The notes: generated by a model not told the origin, from the sequence alone. A stretch of DNA of 64,000 nt from Candidatus Bathyarchaeia archaeon (GCA_050010515.1 JBEKKX010000007.1:9068-73067); one strand, 5' to 3'; positions 1 through 10,130 are shown, numbered from the stretch's first letter. A program made the numbers and translations.

Positions 1-2
1 GC

Positions 3-710
3 GGCGCTCCAGTTGAGTTTAAACCAGGAGAAATAATTGCTACCTGCAAATACTGCGGCTTCAACACTGTCATCGAGACGGGGCAAGCATTCACGTTTGA
101 GCATTCGCTTATTCTCAACAGGTTTGACCTAAAAAGTATAGACGAGCCGATTCAGGATTGGATGCGCGGCGGCTTCTTGAAACCAGGTGACCTCGCTAGG
201 AAATCAAAGATTGCTGAGCGAGACTTGGTTTATTTGCCATTTTGGGTGGTTTCAGTGGAGGCTAAAAGCACTTACAAGGGCATATTCGAACGCATAGCTC
301 CAGCAATCGTTAAAGAGGGCACAATCTCCAAGGAATATGAGTGGCTGGTTTTGGCACGTGAAGCTTCCGGTTTCCCGACACGTGAATACTTGGTTCCTTT
401 GGAAGGGAAAATCCCCTTCGACTTCCGCAAAATCGAAGGCTTTGCCAAGCTATTAAACAGTGAAATGGACCGTGATGCTGCTTTAGAAATTGCCAAGCAA
501 CAAATCGAGGATCACCATCGCTTTCTTCTCGAGCAAGACGTGGATAAAATAGTCGAGATAAAAACCGAAGTCACCGCCAAACAAGAGGTCTATTTGCATG
601 CGCCCATCTGGTTCATCAAATATGAATACAAAGGCAAAGTTTACCAGTTGATAATCGAAGGAACCGGTGGAACAGCCCTGAAGGGTGATATTCCCTCTTC
701 AAGATTCTAA
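3..710 (+). CDS. Zinc-ribbon protein, YdjG-like (5' partial; starts before the window)
   Basis: Frame is open from position 3 (GAPVEFKPGEIIATCKYCGF, CxxC ribbon) into the 162..710 ORF; YLPFW and HAPIW motifs; upstream of an SPFH gene. Confidence 0.6.
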   Translation, partial: GAPVEFKPGEIIATCKYCGFNTVIETGQAFTFEHSLILNRFDLKSIDEPIQDWMRGGFLKPGDLARKSKIAERDLVYLPFWVVSVEAKSTYKGIFERIAPAIVKEGTISKEYEWLVLAREASGFPTREYLVPLEGKIPFDFRKIEGFAKLLNSEMDRDAALEIAKQQIEDHHRFLLEQDVDKIVEIKTEVTAKQEVYLHAPIWFIKYEYKGKVYQLIIEGTGGTALKGDIPSSRF

Positions 711-784
711 GCTTGATATGTTCTAACAAACTTTAAAAGCGACCTTTTATAATCAACGAATAATAAAAAAGGCGGATATGTAAA

Positions 785-1321
785 ATGAGCGATACAAACG
801 ATGAATTATCAAACGTTCAAGGTCAAATGTCCCTCCCTGAGAAGATAGCCGCGTTTGTTCCAGGTTTCCGCGGTTACAAAGAGAAGGAACTGCGCCGCGA
901 AAGCGATAGGCTGATCAGGAATCACCTGTACCTGAAACTGTCTATTGAAAAGACAGATTTGAGGGAAATTGAGCAGAAGTTGGCTGACCGCCGCTACTTC
1001 GATGTCCTGACAGACATGGATCGCCTATTAGCTAAGATGGATCGTGTTGTTGAGAAAATTAATCATGCCTCTTACGGGTACAGCGGGTTCTTTGACGCTG
1101 TCAAAGTCAGAGAAGAAAATCTTGACCATATGATAGATTTCGATAATAAGCTTCTAGACGGAATAAACGCATTGACAACTGAAATCGACGCTTTCAAAGC
1201 AGATTTAGCCAGCGGCGTAACCACGAACCTGAAAACCAGGGTTCAGAATGTAACTGACAAACTTGAAAGTTTAGAAAACACGTTTGATCAACGTAATGAA
1301 GTAATCTTAGGAGCGAGTTAA
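785..1321 (+). CDS. Conserved hypothetical helical/coiled-coil protein
   Basis: 178 aa ORF with PGFRGYKEKELRRESD motif; stop lies 1 nt before the next start. Confidence 0.7.
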   Translation: MSDTNDELSNVQGQMSLPEKIAAFVPGFRGYKEKELRRESDRLIRNHLYLKLSIEKTDLREIEQKLADRRYFDVLTDMDRLLAKMDRVVEKINHASYGYSGFFDAVKVREENLDHMIDFDNKLLDGINALTTEIDAFKADLASGVTTNLKTRVQNVTDKLESLENTFDQRNEVILGAS

Positions 1322-1322
1322 A

Positions 1323-2312
1323 ATGCCGCAAGTAATAGAATGGACAAATGCAGGCCCAGACGCCATAGTTTGGAGGTACCCAAATGAAGATATCACATGG
1401 GGTGCCCAACTTGTCGTGCATGAGTATGAGATGGCAGTGTTCTTCAGGGATGGCAAAGCCTATGACGTTTTCAATGCTGGCAGGCACACGCTGACAACGT
1501 TGAATCTGCCTTTGCTTACAAGTTTGCTAACGCGTATAGCAGGGTTCGGTAGCAACAAGCCGTTTAAAGCGATGGTCATCTACATCGCTACTAAAGTTTT
1601 CAATGGCAAATGGGGTACAAGTGCACAAACTACAGAGCTGGCTCCACTTAAAGTGTTTGGGCAATTCCTGTTCAAAATCGAAGATGCATCGCTGTTCGTG
1701 AATGAGGTTGTAGGTGGACAAAATGCTTTCGACACCGACGGTGTCAACGACTTTCTCCGAGGCTTCCTAAATGAAAAGATAATTGCAGAACTCTCTCACT
1801 ACGACTTGATTACAGTCTTTACTAGGCTCCAAGAGACCTCTATTATTGTTAAGAACACGGTCTTAGACTACTTCAAACGCTTAGGCATCGAACTAACAGA
1901 CTTACGTTTCGAAGGCATCGACACCACACCTGAGTACCGTGAACGGCTGTTTTGGCTTAAAACTGGAAGCACCCCAGCAGACACAGTCTTGCGCATGGAA
2001 ACAGTGAAGAGTGCAGCGGCATCACTAGGAGCATCAGGCGGTGGCGGCGGCGGAGCAGGCTTAGGCACAGGCATGGTGCTCATACCTCAAATTATGAATT
2101 CAGCAGGTCAAGTTCAGGCACAAGCACCTACAGCTGCCCTTGTGATATGTCCTAAATGCGGCGCGCATGTTCCAGCTACATCCAAGTTTTGCCCTGAATG
2201 CGGAACTACTCTCACGCCTCCATCAGCTGCCACAATAAATTGCCCGAAATGCGGCCACTCGATCCCTGCGAGCTCCAAGTTCTGTCCCGAATGCGGCGCA
2301 ACAATATCATAG
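1323..2312 (+). CDS. SPFH (YdjI-like) domain protein with C-terminal double zinc ribbon
   Basis: IVWRYP...GAQLVVHEYEMAVFFRDG N-terminus; two CPKCG...KFCPECG repeats. Confidence 0.85.
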   Translation: MPQVIEWTNAGPDAIVWRYPNEDITWGAQLVVHEYEMAVFFRDGKAYDVFNAGRHTLTTLNLPLLTSLLTRIAGFGSNKPFKAMVIYIATKVFNGKWGTSAQTTELAPLKVFGQFLFKIEDASLFVNEVVGGQNAFDTDGVNDFLRGFLNEKIIAELSHYDLITVFTRLQETSIIVKNTVLDYFKRLGIELTDLRFEGIDTTPEYRERLFWLKTGSTPADTVLRMETVKSAAASLGASGGGGGGAGLGTGMVLIPQIMNSAGQVQAQAPTAALVICPKCGAHVPATSKFCPECGTTLTPPSAATINCPKCGHSIPASSKFCPECGATIS

Positions 2313-2324
2313 GATGGCAGGGTA

Positions 2325-2672
2325 ATGTCTGAAAGTAGACGACAACTGCTCTCAATAGGCGCTTTATTCATAATCGCAGTAGTCGCCATACTTCTTTATG
2401 CGGCAAAGTTAATCGGTCCATGGCTAAACATTTTTCCCACAATCTTCATTCTGTTCGGGGCATGGGAACTGGTTATGGCATTTATGCGTGCTCAAAGCCC
2501 TCAGAAATACGAGCGCACACCATTCGGTACATTGGAGATGGGTATAATTATCGTGGCTTTAGGCGTCGCTTGGCTCGTTTACAGCACAAACTGGCTTTAC
2601 TCCCTTGCCTTGCTAATTCTTGTGCTCGGCGCGATAGCCATCGCTTCGGCTCTAAGGCGAAAGAAACCTTAA
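2325..2672 (+). CDS. Small membrane protein with about 4 TM helices
   Basis: Four hydrophobic segments, basic C-terminus, operon position. Confidence 0.7.
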   Translation: MSESRRQLLSIGALFIIAVVAILLYAAKLIGPWLNIFPTIFILFGAWELVMAFMRAQSPQKYERTPFGTLEMGIIIVALGVAWLVYSTNWLYSLALLILVLGAIAIASALRRKKP

Positions 2673-2736
2673 GCCATTTTTCTCTAAACATTTTTCTATC
2701 TCAATGTGCAGTCACAATGGCAGAAGGCTCGAAGCT

Positions 2737-4338
2737 ATGACTGAAGAGATTATCGGGCGTGGCACATGGTACGACATGATGGCCAAGAAAGTAATCGACA
2801 GGGAGCGCCAGCTAGGCAGAAACATGGGTAAAATCAGAACTGAGATGGGTCTTGGCGCCTCTGGTTTTCCGCACATCGGCAGCTTAGGTGATGCTGCACG
2901 CTCGTATACTGTTACGCTTGCTTTGAAGGGTTTAGGTTTCGATTCTGAGTTGGTTGCTTACTGCGACGACAAGGATGGCTTACGGAAAGTTCCGGTTGGG
3001 TTATCAAAAGATTTGGAGAAGTATCTTGGTTACCCAGTGTCCAGTATTCCTGACCCGTTTGGTTGCCATGAAAGCTACGGTAAACACATGAGCTCGCTTC
3101 TGCTTGAATCCCTGGACAAGTGCGAGATAGAATACCGCTATTTTTCAGCTAAGGAAGTCTACGAGAAAGGTTTACTGTTAAACGAGATTAGAACCATTCT
3201 GTCCAATGCCAAGGCAGTAGGCGAAATTGTTAAAGAAGAAGTTGGTCAAGAACGCTACACTGAAGTCTTGCCTTTCTTCCCAGTCTGCCGCAACTGCGGG
3301 CGCATCTATACCACAAAAGCCTACAAGTTCGACCCAAAAACTGACAAGGTCCTCTACAAATGCGAAGGCTTAGAGATACGTGATAGACTCATCGAGGGCT
3401 GTGGCTATGAAGGCGAAGCAGACATAAGTAAAGGTGAGGGAAAATTAACTTGGAAAGGTGAATTCGCCGCCCGCTGGAAAGCGCTGGACATACGGTTTGA
3501 AGCTTACGGAAAAGACATCGCTGACTCAGTAAAAATCAACGACCGAATATGCCGCGAAGTCCTATGTTTTGAGCCGCCTTCACACGCAAAATACGAAATG
3601 TTCCTCGATAAAAGCGGAAAGAAAATATCCAAATCAGCTGGCAACGTTTTCACGCCGCAAGTGTGGTTCCGTTACGGTTCTCCTCAGTCGCTGCTTTTGC
3701 TGATGCTTAAACGGTTTGTTGGGACACGAAACTTGGACATGTCAGATATTCCACTGTACATGAATGAGCTTGATTTCCTCGAAGACGTGTATTTCGGCAA
3801 AAAACAAACCAGCGAAAAAGAAGCCACGAAGCTTAGGGGTTTGTTTGAGTACTGCTATGTCCTGAAGCCGCCAGCTAAGCCAAGCGTTCACGTGCCCTAT
3901 AATTTGATGGCGTTTCTGGTTAAAATGGCGCCTAAAGAATGCGTAAACGATTATGTGGCTGAGAAACTGCAAAGCTACGGTTACCTACAAAAGGGTCAAG
4001 CCTTAGATGCTAATTTGAAACAGCGTATTGAGTACACTTTGAATTGGATCAGAGATTTTGAAGAAATCAGAGAAACAGATGTCACTCTAACAAGCGAAGA
4101 GAAAAAAGCAATCAGTGAGTTAATCACAGAACTGGAAACTGAAGAAGAACCAGATAAAATTCAAAACGCCATCTTTAACGCTGCAAAAAACAACGGCATA
4201 CAGCCCAGCGGCTTCTTCAAAACGCTATACAAGATTTTGATGGGTGCACCGCAGGGTCCACGTTTAGGTCCATATGTACTTGCCATGGGCAAACAAAACG
4301 TCATAGCCGCTCTCAAAAGGGTCGTAAGCAAAAGTTAG
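2737..4338 (+). CDS. lysS: Lysine--tRNA ligase, class I
   Basis: GASGFPHIGS (HIGH-like), EAYGKD and KISKSAGN (KMSKS-like) motifs; GPRLG C-terminal motif. Confidence 0.95.
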   Translation: MTEEIIGRGTWYDMMAKKVIDRERQLGRNMGKIRTEMGLGASGFPHIGSLGDAARSYTVTLALKGLGFDSELVAYCDDKDGLRKVPVGLSKDLEKYLGYPVSSIPDPFGCHESYGKHMSSLLLESLDKCEIEYRYFSAKEVYEKGLLLNEIRTILSNAKAVGEIVKEEVGQERYTEVLPFFPVCRNCGRIYTTKAYKFDPKTDKVLYKCEGLEIRDRLIEGCGYEGEADISKGEGKLTWKGEFAARWKALDIRFEAYGKDIADSVKINDRICREVLCFEPPSHAKYEMFLDKSGKKISKSAGNVFTPQVWFRYGSPQSLLLLMLKRFVGTRNLDMSDIPLYMNELDFLEDVYFGKKQTSEKEATKLRGLFEYCYVLKPPAKPSVHVPYNLMAFLVKMAPKECVNDYVAEKLQSYGYLQKGQALDANLKQRIEYTLNWIRDFEEIRETDVTLTSEEKKAISELITELETEEEPDKIQNAIFNAAKNNGIQPSGFFKTLYKILMGAPQGPRLGPYVLAMGKQNVIAALKRVVSKS

Positions 4339-4791
4339 CAGTTTAGGATTAAATTTCTTTTTTGAATTACAAAACTGTATGCTATGACCAGCATAAAAAG
4401 GGTTGTTTGAGAAGTTGATTTACCCGCAGGGCTGCCGCTTTTTGCTAGTTGAACAACCAAGCAAAAAGCATACCCCTCTTTAGGATAACAATATTGCGTT
4501 ACCCTACCGATACCTCAATTTTAGACATAGTTTTTATTAGCTAAAATTGACCGACGAATGTTACATGAAAACTATAACTAATATTGGCACAACTAGTTTT
4601 AACGCTGCTCTTGCCAAATTGCTTTTCCCGTTCCGCATTTCTTTAATTAGTTAAAAGGCTTTTGGCAGCCACAATGCTGCCATTATGCAACCAAAGTTTG
4701 ATTTTAATTAGACCAAAAGGCTTAACTTATCTTTTTCTCTAATAATACTTAGAGAATTGAGTTTTTTAGGCTTTGTTGGAGGAATTTATGG

Positions 4792-6423
4792 TTGAGTTAT
4801 CAAAAAACTCTACCAAACATAAAACCAAAAAAAGAAACGCCCAAAGTAAACGTTAAAGAAGATAAAACCCCAAATTATACTTCTGCATCTTGCGATTTAG
4901 CTTTAGATAAAGAACGGCTAAAAAATATTTTAGAAAATATTCCTTCGGCTGTGATGGTTATTGAAAAGCCTGAGGGCAAAGTAACCTACGCCAATAAAAG
5001 GGCTATTGAGCTTAATGGCATAAACCCGTGTGGGCTCGAATTAAAGAATCTTGCAGTAAAGATATACAATCTGGATGGTAAGATTTGCCCAACCGAAGAA
5101 CTGTATACATACAGAGCACTGTTTAAAGAAGAAACAATGCGTAACGCACCGCCGCAAATTATTGAGCACATTAATGGAAAACGTTTTATAGTAAACGTAA
5201 GTGCAAAACCGCTCTACGATAAAGAAGGCAAAGCCAATGCTGCCGTAACTATTTTTGACGACGCAACTGAACGCGTCAAAATTCAAGAGGCACTTAAAGA
5301 AAGCGAAGAGAGGTTAAAAATGGCGCAGAGGATTGCTCATGTAGGAAATTGGGAGTACTATGTTAAAGAAGATAGGGCAATTTGGTCTGAAGAGCTATTT
5401 CGCATATTTGGCTTAAAACCACAACGGTATGGCCCAAATACCACTTATTATGTCGCTCGAATTTATCCGCAAGACAGGGAAGCAATAAACAAAATAATGG
5501 AGCAAATGCTGTTTAAAGGTGTGATTTCTAAAGCAAGTTTCGATTACCGAATTATTAGAGAAGATGGCTCGGTTCGCACTATACATTCTGAACGGATGAT
5601 CAGAGAAGTTGATGATGATAAAAAGCCAAAAAGGCTAGTCGGGGTAGAACAGGACATAACTGAGCGCAAGCAAATAGAGCAAAAACTTGGAGAACATACC
5701 AAGAATTTAGAAAAGCTTGTTGAAGAAAGAACAAAACAACTGAAAGATGCTGAACGCTTAGCCACTATTGGACAAACCGCAGGTATGATTGGCCATGATA
5801 TTCGTAACCCACTGCAAGCTATTGTCGGAGAACTGTTTTTGATAAAACAAGATGTCGATAGTTCACCCGATAGCCAATTCAAAAGAAATACGCAAGAAAG
5901 TTTAGGTACTATACAAGAGCAAATAGATTACATAAACAAGATTGTTTCTGACTTGCAAGATTACGCAAGACCCCTCAAACCTGAACTGGTTGAAGTTGAC
6001 CTTCGCCGTGTCATTCCGCAACTGCTTTCAACAGTGAATGTACCAAACAATATTCACGCTTTTGCAGAATGCGATAAGAAATTATCAAAACTGAATTTAG
6101 ACTTAACTTTCCTAAAACGCATCCTTGTAAACCTTGTAACAAACGCTATTCAAGCCATGCCAAACGGGGGCAAACTAAAAATAAGAACTTTTGAGGAAGG
6201 TGATAATGTTTTCATAATCACTGCGGATACTGGCGTTGGAATTCCAGACGAAATAAAACCAAAAATCTTCCAGCCACTCATGACCACCAAATCTAAAGGG
6301 CAAGGCTTCGGATTAGCCGTTGTTAAACGCTTAGTTGAGGCACAGGGCGGCACAATAACTTTTGAAAGCAGAGTTGGCAAAGGAACAAAATTCAAAATAA
6401 CCTTCCCTAAACAAACAAAATAA
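4792..6423 (+). CDS. PAS/PAC sensor histidine kinase
   Basis: Two PAS domains; H-box GHDIRNPL; N-box NLVTNAIQAM; DTGVGI and GQGFGL G-boxes. Confidence 0.92.
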   Translation: MSYQKTLPNIKPKKETPKVNVKEDKTPNYTSASCDLALDKERLKNILENIPSAVMVIEKPEGKVTYANKRAIELNGINPCGLELKNLAVKIYNLDGKICPTEELYTYRALFKEETMRNAPPQIIEHINGKRFIVNVSAKPLYDKEGKANAAVTIFDDATERVKIQEALKESEERLKMAQRIAHVGNWEYYVKEDRAIWSEELFRIFGLKPQRYGPNTTYYVARIYPQDREAINKIMEQMLFKGVISKASFDYRIIREDGSVRTIHSERMIREVDDDKKPKRLVGVEQDITERKQIEQKLGEHTKNLEKLVEERTKQLKDAERLATIGQTAGMIGHDIRNPLQAIVGELFLIKQDVDSSPDSQFKRNTQESLGTIQEQIDYINKIVSDLQDYARPLKPELVEVDLRRVIPQLLSTVNVPNNIHAFAECDKKLSKLNLDLTFLKRILVNLVTNAIQAMPNGGKLKIRTFEEGDNVFIITADTGVGIPDEIKPKIFQPLMTTKSKGQGFGLAVVKRLVEAQGGTITFESRVGKGTKFKITFPKQTK

Positions 6424-6508
6424 CACACGCCATCTTAAACCACTATTTTTAAGTTTAAGCAAATTATTTACTATTCTGCCCTCATTTTCTGGGTACAAAA
6501 CAAGCGTT

Positions 6509-6534
6509 GGGCTCGTCGTCTAGTACGGATTATG
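6509..6534 (+). repeat. 26-bp exact copy of the 5' end of tRNA-Arg(GCG), probable att remnant
   Basis: gggctcgtcgtctagtacggattatg is identical to 8181-8206. Confidence 0.85.
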
Positions 6535-6649
6535 CCATCGCTGGCGATATCGCCATACGCTAATTTCTCTGCGGCTTTTCTCTCTTTTTTTGCCTTCTTA
6601 ATTTTAAGGGGTTCTCTGATGACCAGCGCGCTTTGATGATTTTGGATAG

Positions 6650-7939
6650 CTAGCCTTGTAGAATTTTCCCGTTTATTCTCTTCTTTTTTGCGACGATTAC
6701 AGCAAATGCAGCACATGCCATAATGGCAACTAATGAAAAATCGAGCGCTTGGTTAGGAAACTCTGGAATTGTTGGGGAAGGCACGGGTGGGGATGGTTGA
6801 GGAACCGTAATTGCACCAAAAGCGTATACGCTGTCGTCGTTTGAGCCGACGTAGACCACGCCGTTGGCAACCGCAGGAGAAGAATCTACAAGATTAACGG
6901 TCCCGTAAGTCCATATTGTGGTGCCTGTTGTAGCGTTCAAAGCGTAAACATTGTCGTCGTCTGAGCCAACGTAGACTATGCCGTTGGCGACCGCGGGAGA
7001 AGACTCTACCTGGTTACTTGTGGGGTAGCTCCATATTTTGCTGCCTGTTGCGGCGTTTAAAGCGTACACGTTGTAGTCTTCTGAGCCAATGTAGACCACA
7101 CCATTGGCAACGGCGGGACAAGAATCCACATAATTGCCTGTGCCGAAGTTCCATATTTTGCTGCCTGTTGCGGCATTCAAAGCGTATACGCTGTTGTCGT
7201 CTGAGCCAACGTAGACTATGCCGTTGACAACTGCAGGAGAGGAATCCACTTCGTCGCCGGTTTCATAACTCCATATTTTGCTGCCTGTTGCGGCATTCAA
7301 AGCGTAAACATAGTCGTCTTCTGAACCAACGTAAACCACACCATTAACAACCGCGGGAGACGAGACCACGGAACTACCTGTGCTGTAGCTCCATATTTTT
7401 GTGCCTGTTGCGGCGTTTAAAGCGTAAACCTTGTTGTCGTCTGAGCCGATGTAGACTATGCTGTTGACAACTGCAGGGGAAGACTCCACCTTGTCGCCGG
7501 TTGTGTAACTCCATATTTTGGTACCGGTAGTAGCGTTTAAAGCGTAAACCTTGTGGTCCTCTGAGCCAACGTAGACTATGCCGTTGGCGACTGCAGAGGA
7601 AGAATCCACAGAACCGCCGGTCTTGTAACTCCAGATGTATACACCGGTTGCAGCGTTCAAAGCGTAAACATAGTGGTCATCTGAGCCAACATAAACCACC
7701 CCGTTTATAACAGCAGGAGAAGAATAATCTATAGAATTGCCGGTCGGGTAACTCCATAGGAGTTGGTTTGTAAGTGGCGCTGTTGAAGTGGAGTAGCCTG
7801 TGTGCGTTAGGTCATGACGGAATGTGGGCCACCAGTCCACCGTAGATTGTTGCGCCTTCACTTTTGGCGCGAAAACTGAAAACATCGATAAACACAAAAG
7901 CCCTATAAGGATCACAATTAGTATTCTCTTCATTTCCAT
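6650..7939 (-). CDS. Secreted PQQ-like beta-propeller repeat protein with PEF-CTERM-type sorting signal
   Basis: Signal peptide; about eight 40-aa repeats SSPAVxNGxVYVGSxDxxVYALNAxTGxxIW; C-terminal PTIPEFP, TM helix and basic tail. Confidence 0.9.
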   Translation of the reverse strand: MEMKRILIVILIGLLCLSMFSVFAPKVKAQQSTVDWWPTFRHDLTHTGYSTSTAPLTNQLLWSYPTGNSIDYSSPAVINGVVYVGSDDHYVYALNAATGVYIWSYKTGGSVDSSSAVANGIVYVGSEDHKVYALNATTGTKIWSYTTGDKVESSPAVVNSIVYIGSDDNKVYALNAATGTKIWSYSTGSSVVSSPAVVNGVVYVGSEDDYVYALNAATGSKIWSYETGDEVDSSPAVVNGIVYVGSDDNSVYALNAATGSKIWNFGTGNYVDSCPAVANGVVYIGSEDYNVYALNAATGSKIWSYPTSNQVESSPAVANGIVYVGSDDDNVYALNATTGTTIWTYGTVNLVDSSPAVANGVVYVGSNDDSVYAFGAITVPQPSPPVPSPTIPEFPNQALDFSLVAIMACAAFAVIVAKKKRINGKILQG

Positions 7940-8035
7940 CCATCTTCAAGAAATTCGCGGTTAACTTACTTACCCAAAATAAGCTTTTAAAATTTTCCAT
8001 TTAGAACACCCGAGTTGCTGAAGTTCTGCGTTCAG

Positions 8036-8110
8036 ATGGCTGCTTTTTTTTGCAGACGCTTAAAGAAAACGGAGCGAGACCAGGCGAGCATGGAGAATCG
8101 GATAAGGATG
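8036..8110 (+). pseudogene. Degenerate tyrosine-integrase fragment (box I)
   Basis: 8047-8088 reads FLQTLKENGARPGE and continues AWRI in a shifted frame, resembling the FLQxLKETGxRxGEAW box I of archaeal integrases; no intact ORF. Confidence 0.5.
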
Positions 8111-8123
8111 GCGTGAGCCTTTT

Positions 8124-8138
8124 CAGGAAACTTAAATA
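8124..8138 (+). promoter_or_regulatory. Putative BRE/TATA promoter of tRNA-Arg
   Basis: caggaaa-cttaaata about 43 nt upstream of the tRNA. Confidence 0.5.
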
Positions 8139-8180
8139 GCAGTATCGCCATGTCCGTAATTCATCCAAAACCATGGGAAA

Positions 8181-8256
8181 GGGCTCGTCGTCTAGTACGG
8201 ATTATGACACCGGCCTGCGGAGCCGGAGGTCCTGGGTTCAAATCCCAGCGGGCCCG
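8181..8256 (+). tRNA. tRNA-Arg(GCG), no encoded CCA at this copy
   Basis: Cloverleaf: GGGCTCG/CGGGCCC acceptor stem, CCGGC-CTGCGGA-GCCGG anticodon arm, CTGGG-TTCAAAT-CCCAG T arm. Confidence 0.95.
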
Positions 8257-8482
8257 TTATTCTTTTGCTTAAATCAGCTTGATTTGCGCTCGGATTGCCA
8301 TTACTAAAATCTGTAACGGCGTTACAATTTTCCGTAACGCTTAGCCCAGCGCCCTGAAGCAACGTCGCCTCGTCGCGCAGTTGTGCGCTTTTAGCCTTTA
8401 TACGGCAACGTAGCACACGGCCGTAAGCTTTGTCAAATTTTTCAGGGGACTTTATGAATTCAAGTTCTACTTTGCTTAACAT
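8192..8482 (-). CDS. Integrase N-terminal fragment (intN)
   Basis: ORF runs through the att site as GPLGFEPRTSGSAG, the same peptide that opens intC. Confidence 0.8.
   Translation of the reverse strand: MLSKVELEFIKSPEKFDKAYGRVLRCRIKAKSAQLRDEATLLQGAGLSVTENCNAVTDFSNGNPSANQADLSKRITGPLGFEPRTSGSAGRCHNPY
8213..8256 (+). repeat. att site, tRNA-proximal (44 bp)
   Basis: gcctgcggagccggaggtcctgggttcaaatcccagcgggcccg is identical to 13789-13832. Confidence 0.95.
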
Positions 8483-8610
8483 GCTTTCGCCTTAAAGTCT
8501 TAAAGGTTGGCTCACACTTAAAGCTTACCGTATAAATTATCAGATGAATTATAGCATAAAATTTATAACTGCCTAAGCCTTTAAGCATTTAAGCGCTATA
8601 AAGCATTGTC

Positions 8611-8736
8611 CGGTGAATATTCACCGTGCAAAAGCATGGCCCAGTTGCATGATTCCACGGTGATTGAACACCGTACAAACAGACATACGTGCAACGGGCT
8701 TTAAATCAAAGCCCTTCCACGGTGATCGAACACCGT
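8611..8736. repeat. Palindrome cluster A: 3 x (A)CGGTG-N6-CACCGT
   Basis: Sites 8611-8627 (spacer AATATT), 8657-8674 (ATTGAA), 8719-8736 (ATCGAA). Confidence 0.85.
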
Positions 8737-8783
8737 GTAGGACTGGAGCCGGGCTCAAAAGCGCGTAATGGAGTAGACTAAGA

Positions 8784-8945
8784 ATGCGAGAAGCAATAGG
8801 CAAGTTAACGTGTGGCCCTAAGAGTCGTACGGGCATACTGTACATTCCATCCGACTTGATGGTTGACAGTGCGTTTCCGTTTCAAGCGCCTGCAAAACTC
8901 AAGGTGATAATTGAGGGTGATAAGCTGATTATCGAAAAAGCTTAG
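8784..8945 (+). CDS. AbrB/MazE/SpoVT-type small DNA-binding protein (53 aa, absent from ORF track)
   Basis: MREAIGKLTCGPKSRTGILYIPSDLMVDSAFPFQAPAKLKVIIEGDKLIIEKA fits the swapped-hairpin pattern; ggag upstream. Confidence 0.7.
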   Translation: MREAIGKLTCGPKSRTGILYIPSDLMVDSAFPFQAPAKLKVIIEGDKLIIEKA

Positions 8946-9232
8946 GCTGAGCGAGAGTTTAGGAGCTCTAAAAAGTGTGATAATGCTCACCACTAAGTTA
9001 ATATAAGCGCTAAACATGCAAATTCTTAGGGCTAAAAAAAAATTAACTGAAAGGTGTATGAGTTTTGATGCATTGTAAGTATTTGAACAGAATATTCCCT
9101 CGATGTTGGCTATCCGATTTTAACGCCTTAGAGGAGGGAAAGCAGTAATGCTTGGTCTGAACCTGACTCCGGAACAAAAGTTCTGCAAGCCAGCGGAAAG
9201 CAAACGCTTGAACGGGGAGAAGGTGCCATAAC

Positions 9233-10042
9233 ATGGCTAACAAATGGCACATGAGGATAATCAGTCCTAAGCCGAATGGACTTAAAGGCATAGAGCTCGC
9301 AACGGATGACGAGCTTAAAGAGATTAAACCATATTTGGCAAAATTGAACATTCCATATGATGGCAACCAGATTTTCTATAACCTAAATCCAAAACCCGAA
9401 GAAAGCAAAGTTCTTGAGGACAAGTTTCCAGAGTTTAAAGCTGAAGTTCAAGAATACGGCTTTCTATCGCCTGCTGTGATGATTATTGAAGCATACGTTA
9501 ACTTTTTTATGACCCGCTACGAACGCGAGGACCCAAAACTGAGAGACGACGCTGAGTGGCAGAAAAAACTTAAGCAGCAAAGGGATGGATTAAAGGCAGA
9601 AAAAGCGTTTGATTTAATCTTGCAGGGTATGGCTTTGCCCTTTAATTATCTAGAGCCTATAACTGATTGGCGCAAAGGTCATGGAGCACCGTTTCCTCAA
9701 ACAAGCGATTTTTATGTGCCAGCACTTGGAAAACTTGAGGTTAAAAGTGTTACCAGATGGAGTGGTGAAAATAGAGTCAACGTTAACAAGGCAGAGTGGT
9801 TTGATGCGGCGCCAAATTACTTGGTTGCTCTCACTCACATAGGTGGAAAATTTGTTATGCTTTGCGGAGCGATGCGTTTTTCTGAAGTTAATAGCTATGC
9901 TGGCGGACCTTTTGACATTGCCACGAGCAAGCCTTTTCTAAGCATACCCCTTGAAGACCTTACAATTACAGCTATGAGATTGTACCAAGTTTTGTTTGAC
10001 GTGGAGATTAGACTTGACAAGTTGGATAAAGTCCAAATTTGA
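9233..10042 (+). CDS. Putative PD-(D/E)XK nuclease-fold protein
   Basis: GLKAEKAF helix followed by SDFYVPALGKLEVKS (D-x9-E-x-K). Confidence 0.6.
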   Translation: MANKWHMRIISPKPNGLKGIELATDDELKEIKPYLAKLNIPYDGNQIFYNLNPKPEESKVLEDKFPEFKAEVQEYGFLSPAVMIIEAYVNFFMTRYEREDPKLRDDAEWQKKLKQQRDGLKAEKAFDLILQGMALPFNYLEPITDWRKGHGAPFPQTSDFYVPALGKLEVKSVTRWSGENRVNVNKAEWFDAAPNYLVALTHIGGKFVMLCGAMRFSEVNSYAGGPFDIATSKPFLSIPLEDLTITAMRLYQVLFDVEIRLDKLDKVQI

Positions 10043-10130
10043 ATTTGCCCAATAGCTGAATTAGCGTTAAAGTTAAGCATGCCTTTAGAAGAACAAGGTT
10101 TTAAGCGTACATGCGTCAGCAACTATTAGT

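Noticed and set aside
6800-7760. Regular 120-bp repeats that could resemble an array
   Set aside because: They are the in-frame 40-aa beta-propeller repeats of the PQQ-like protein; there are no unique spacers.
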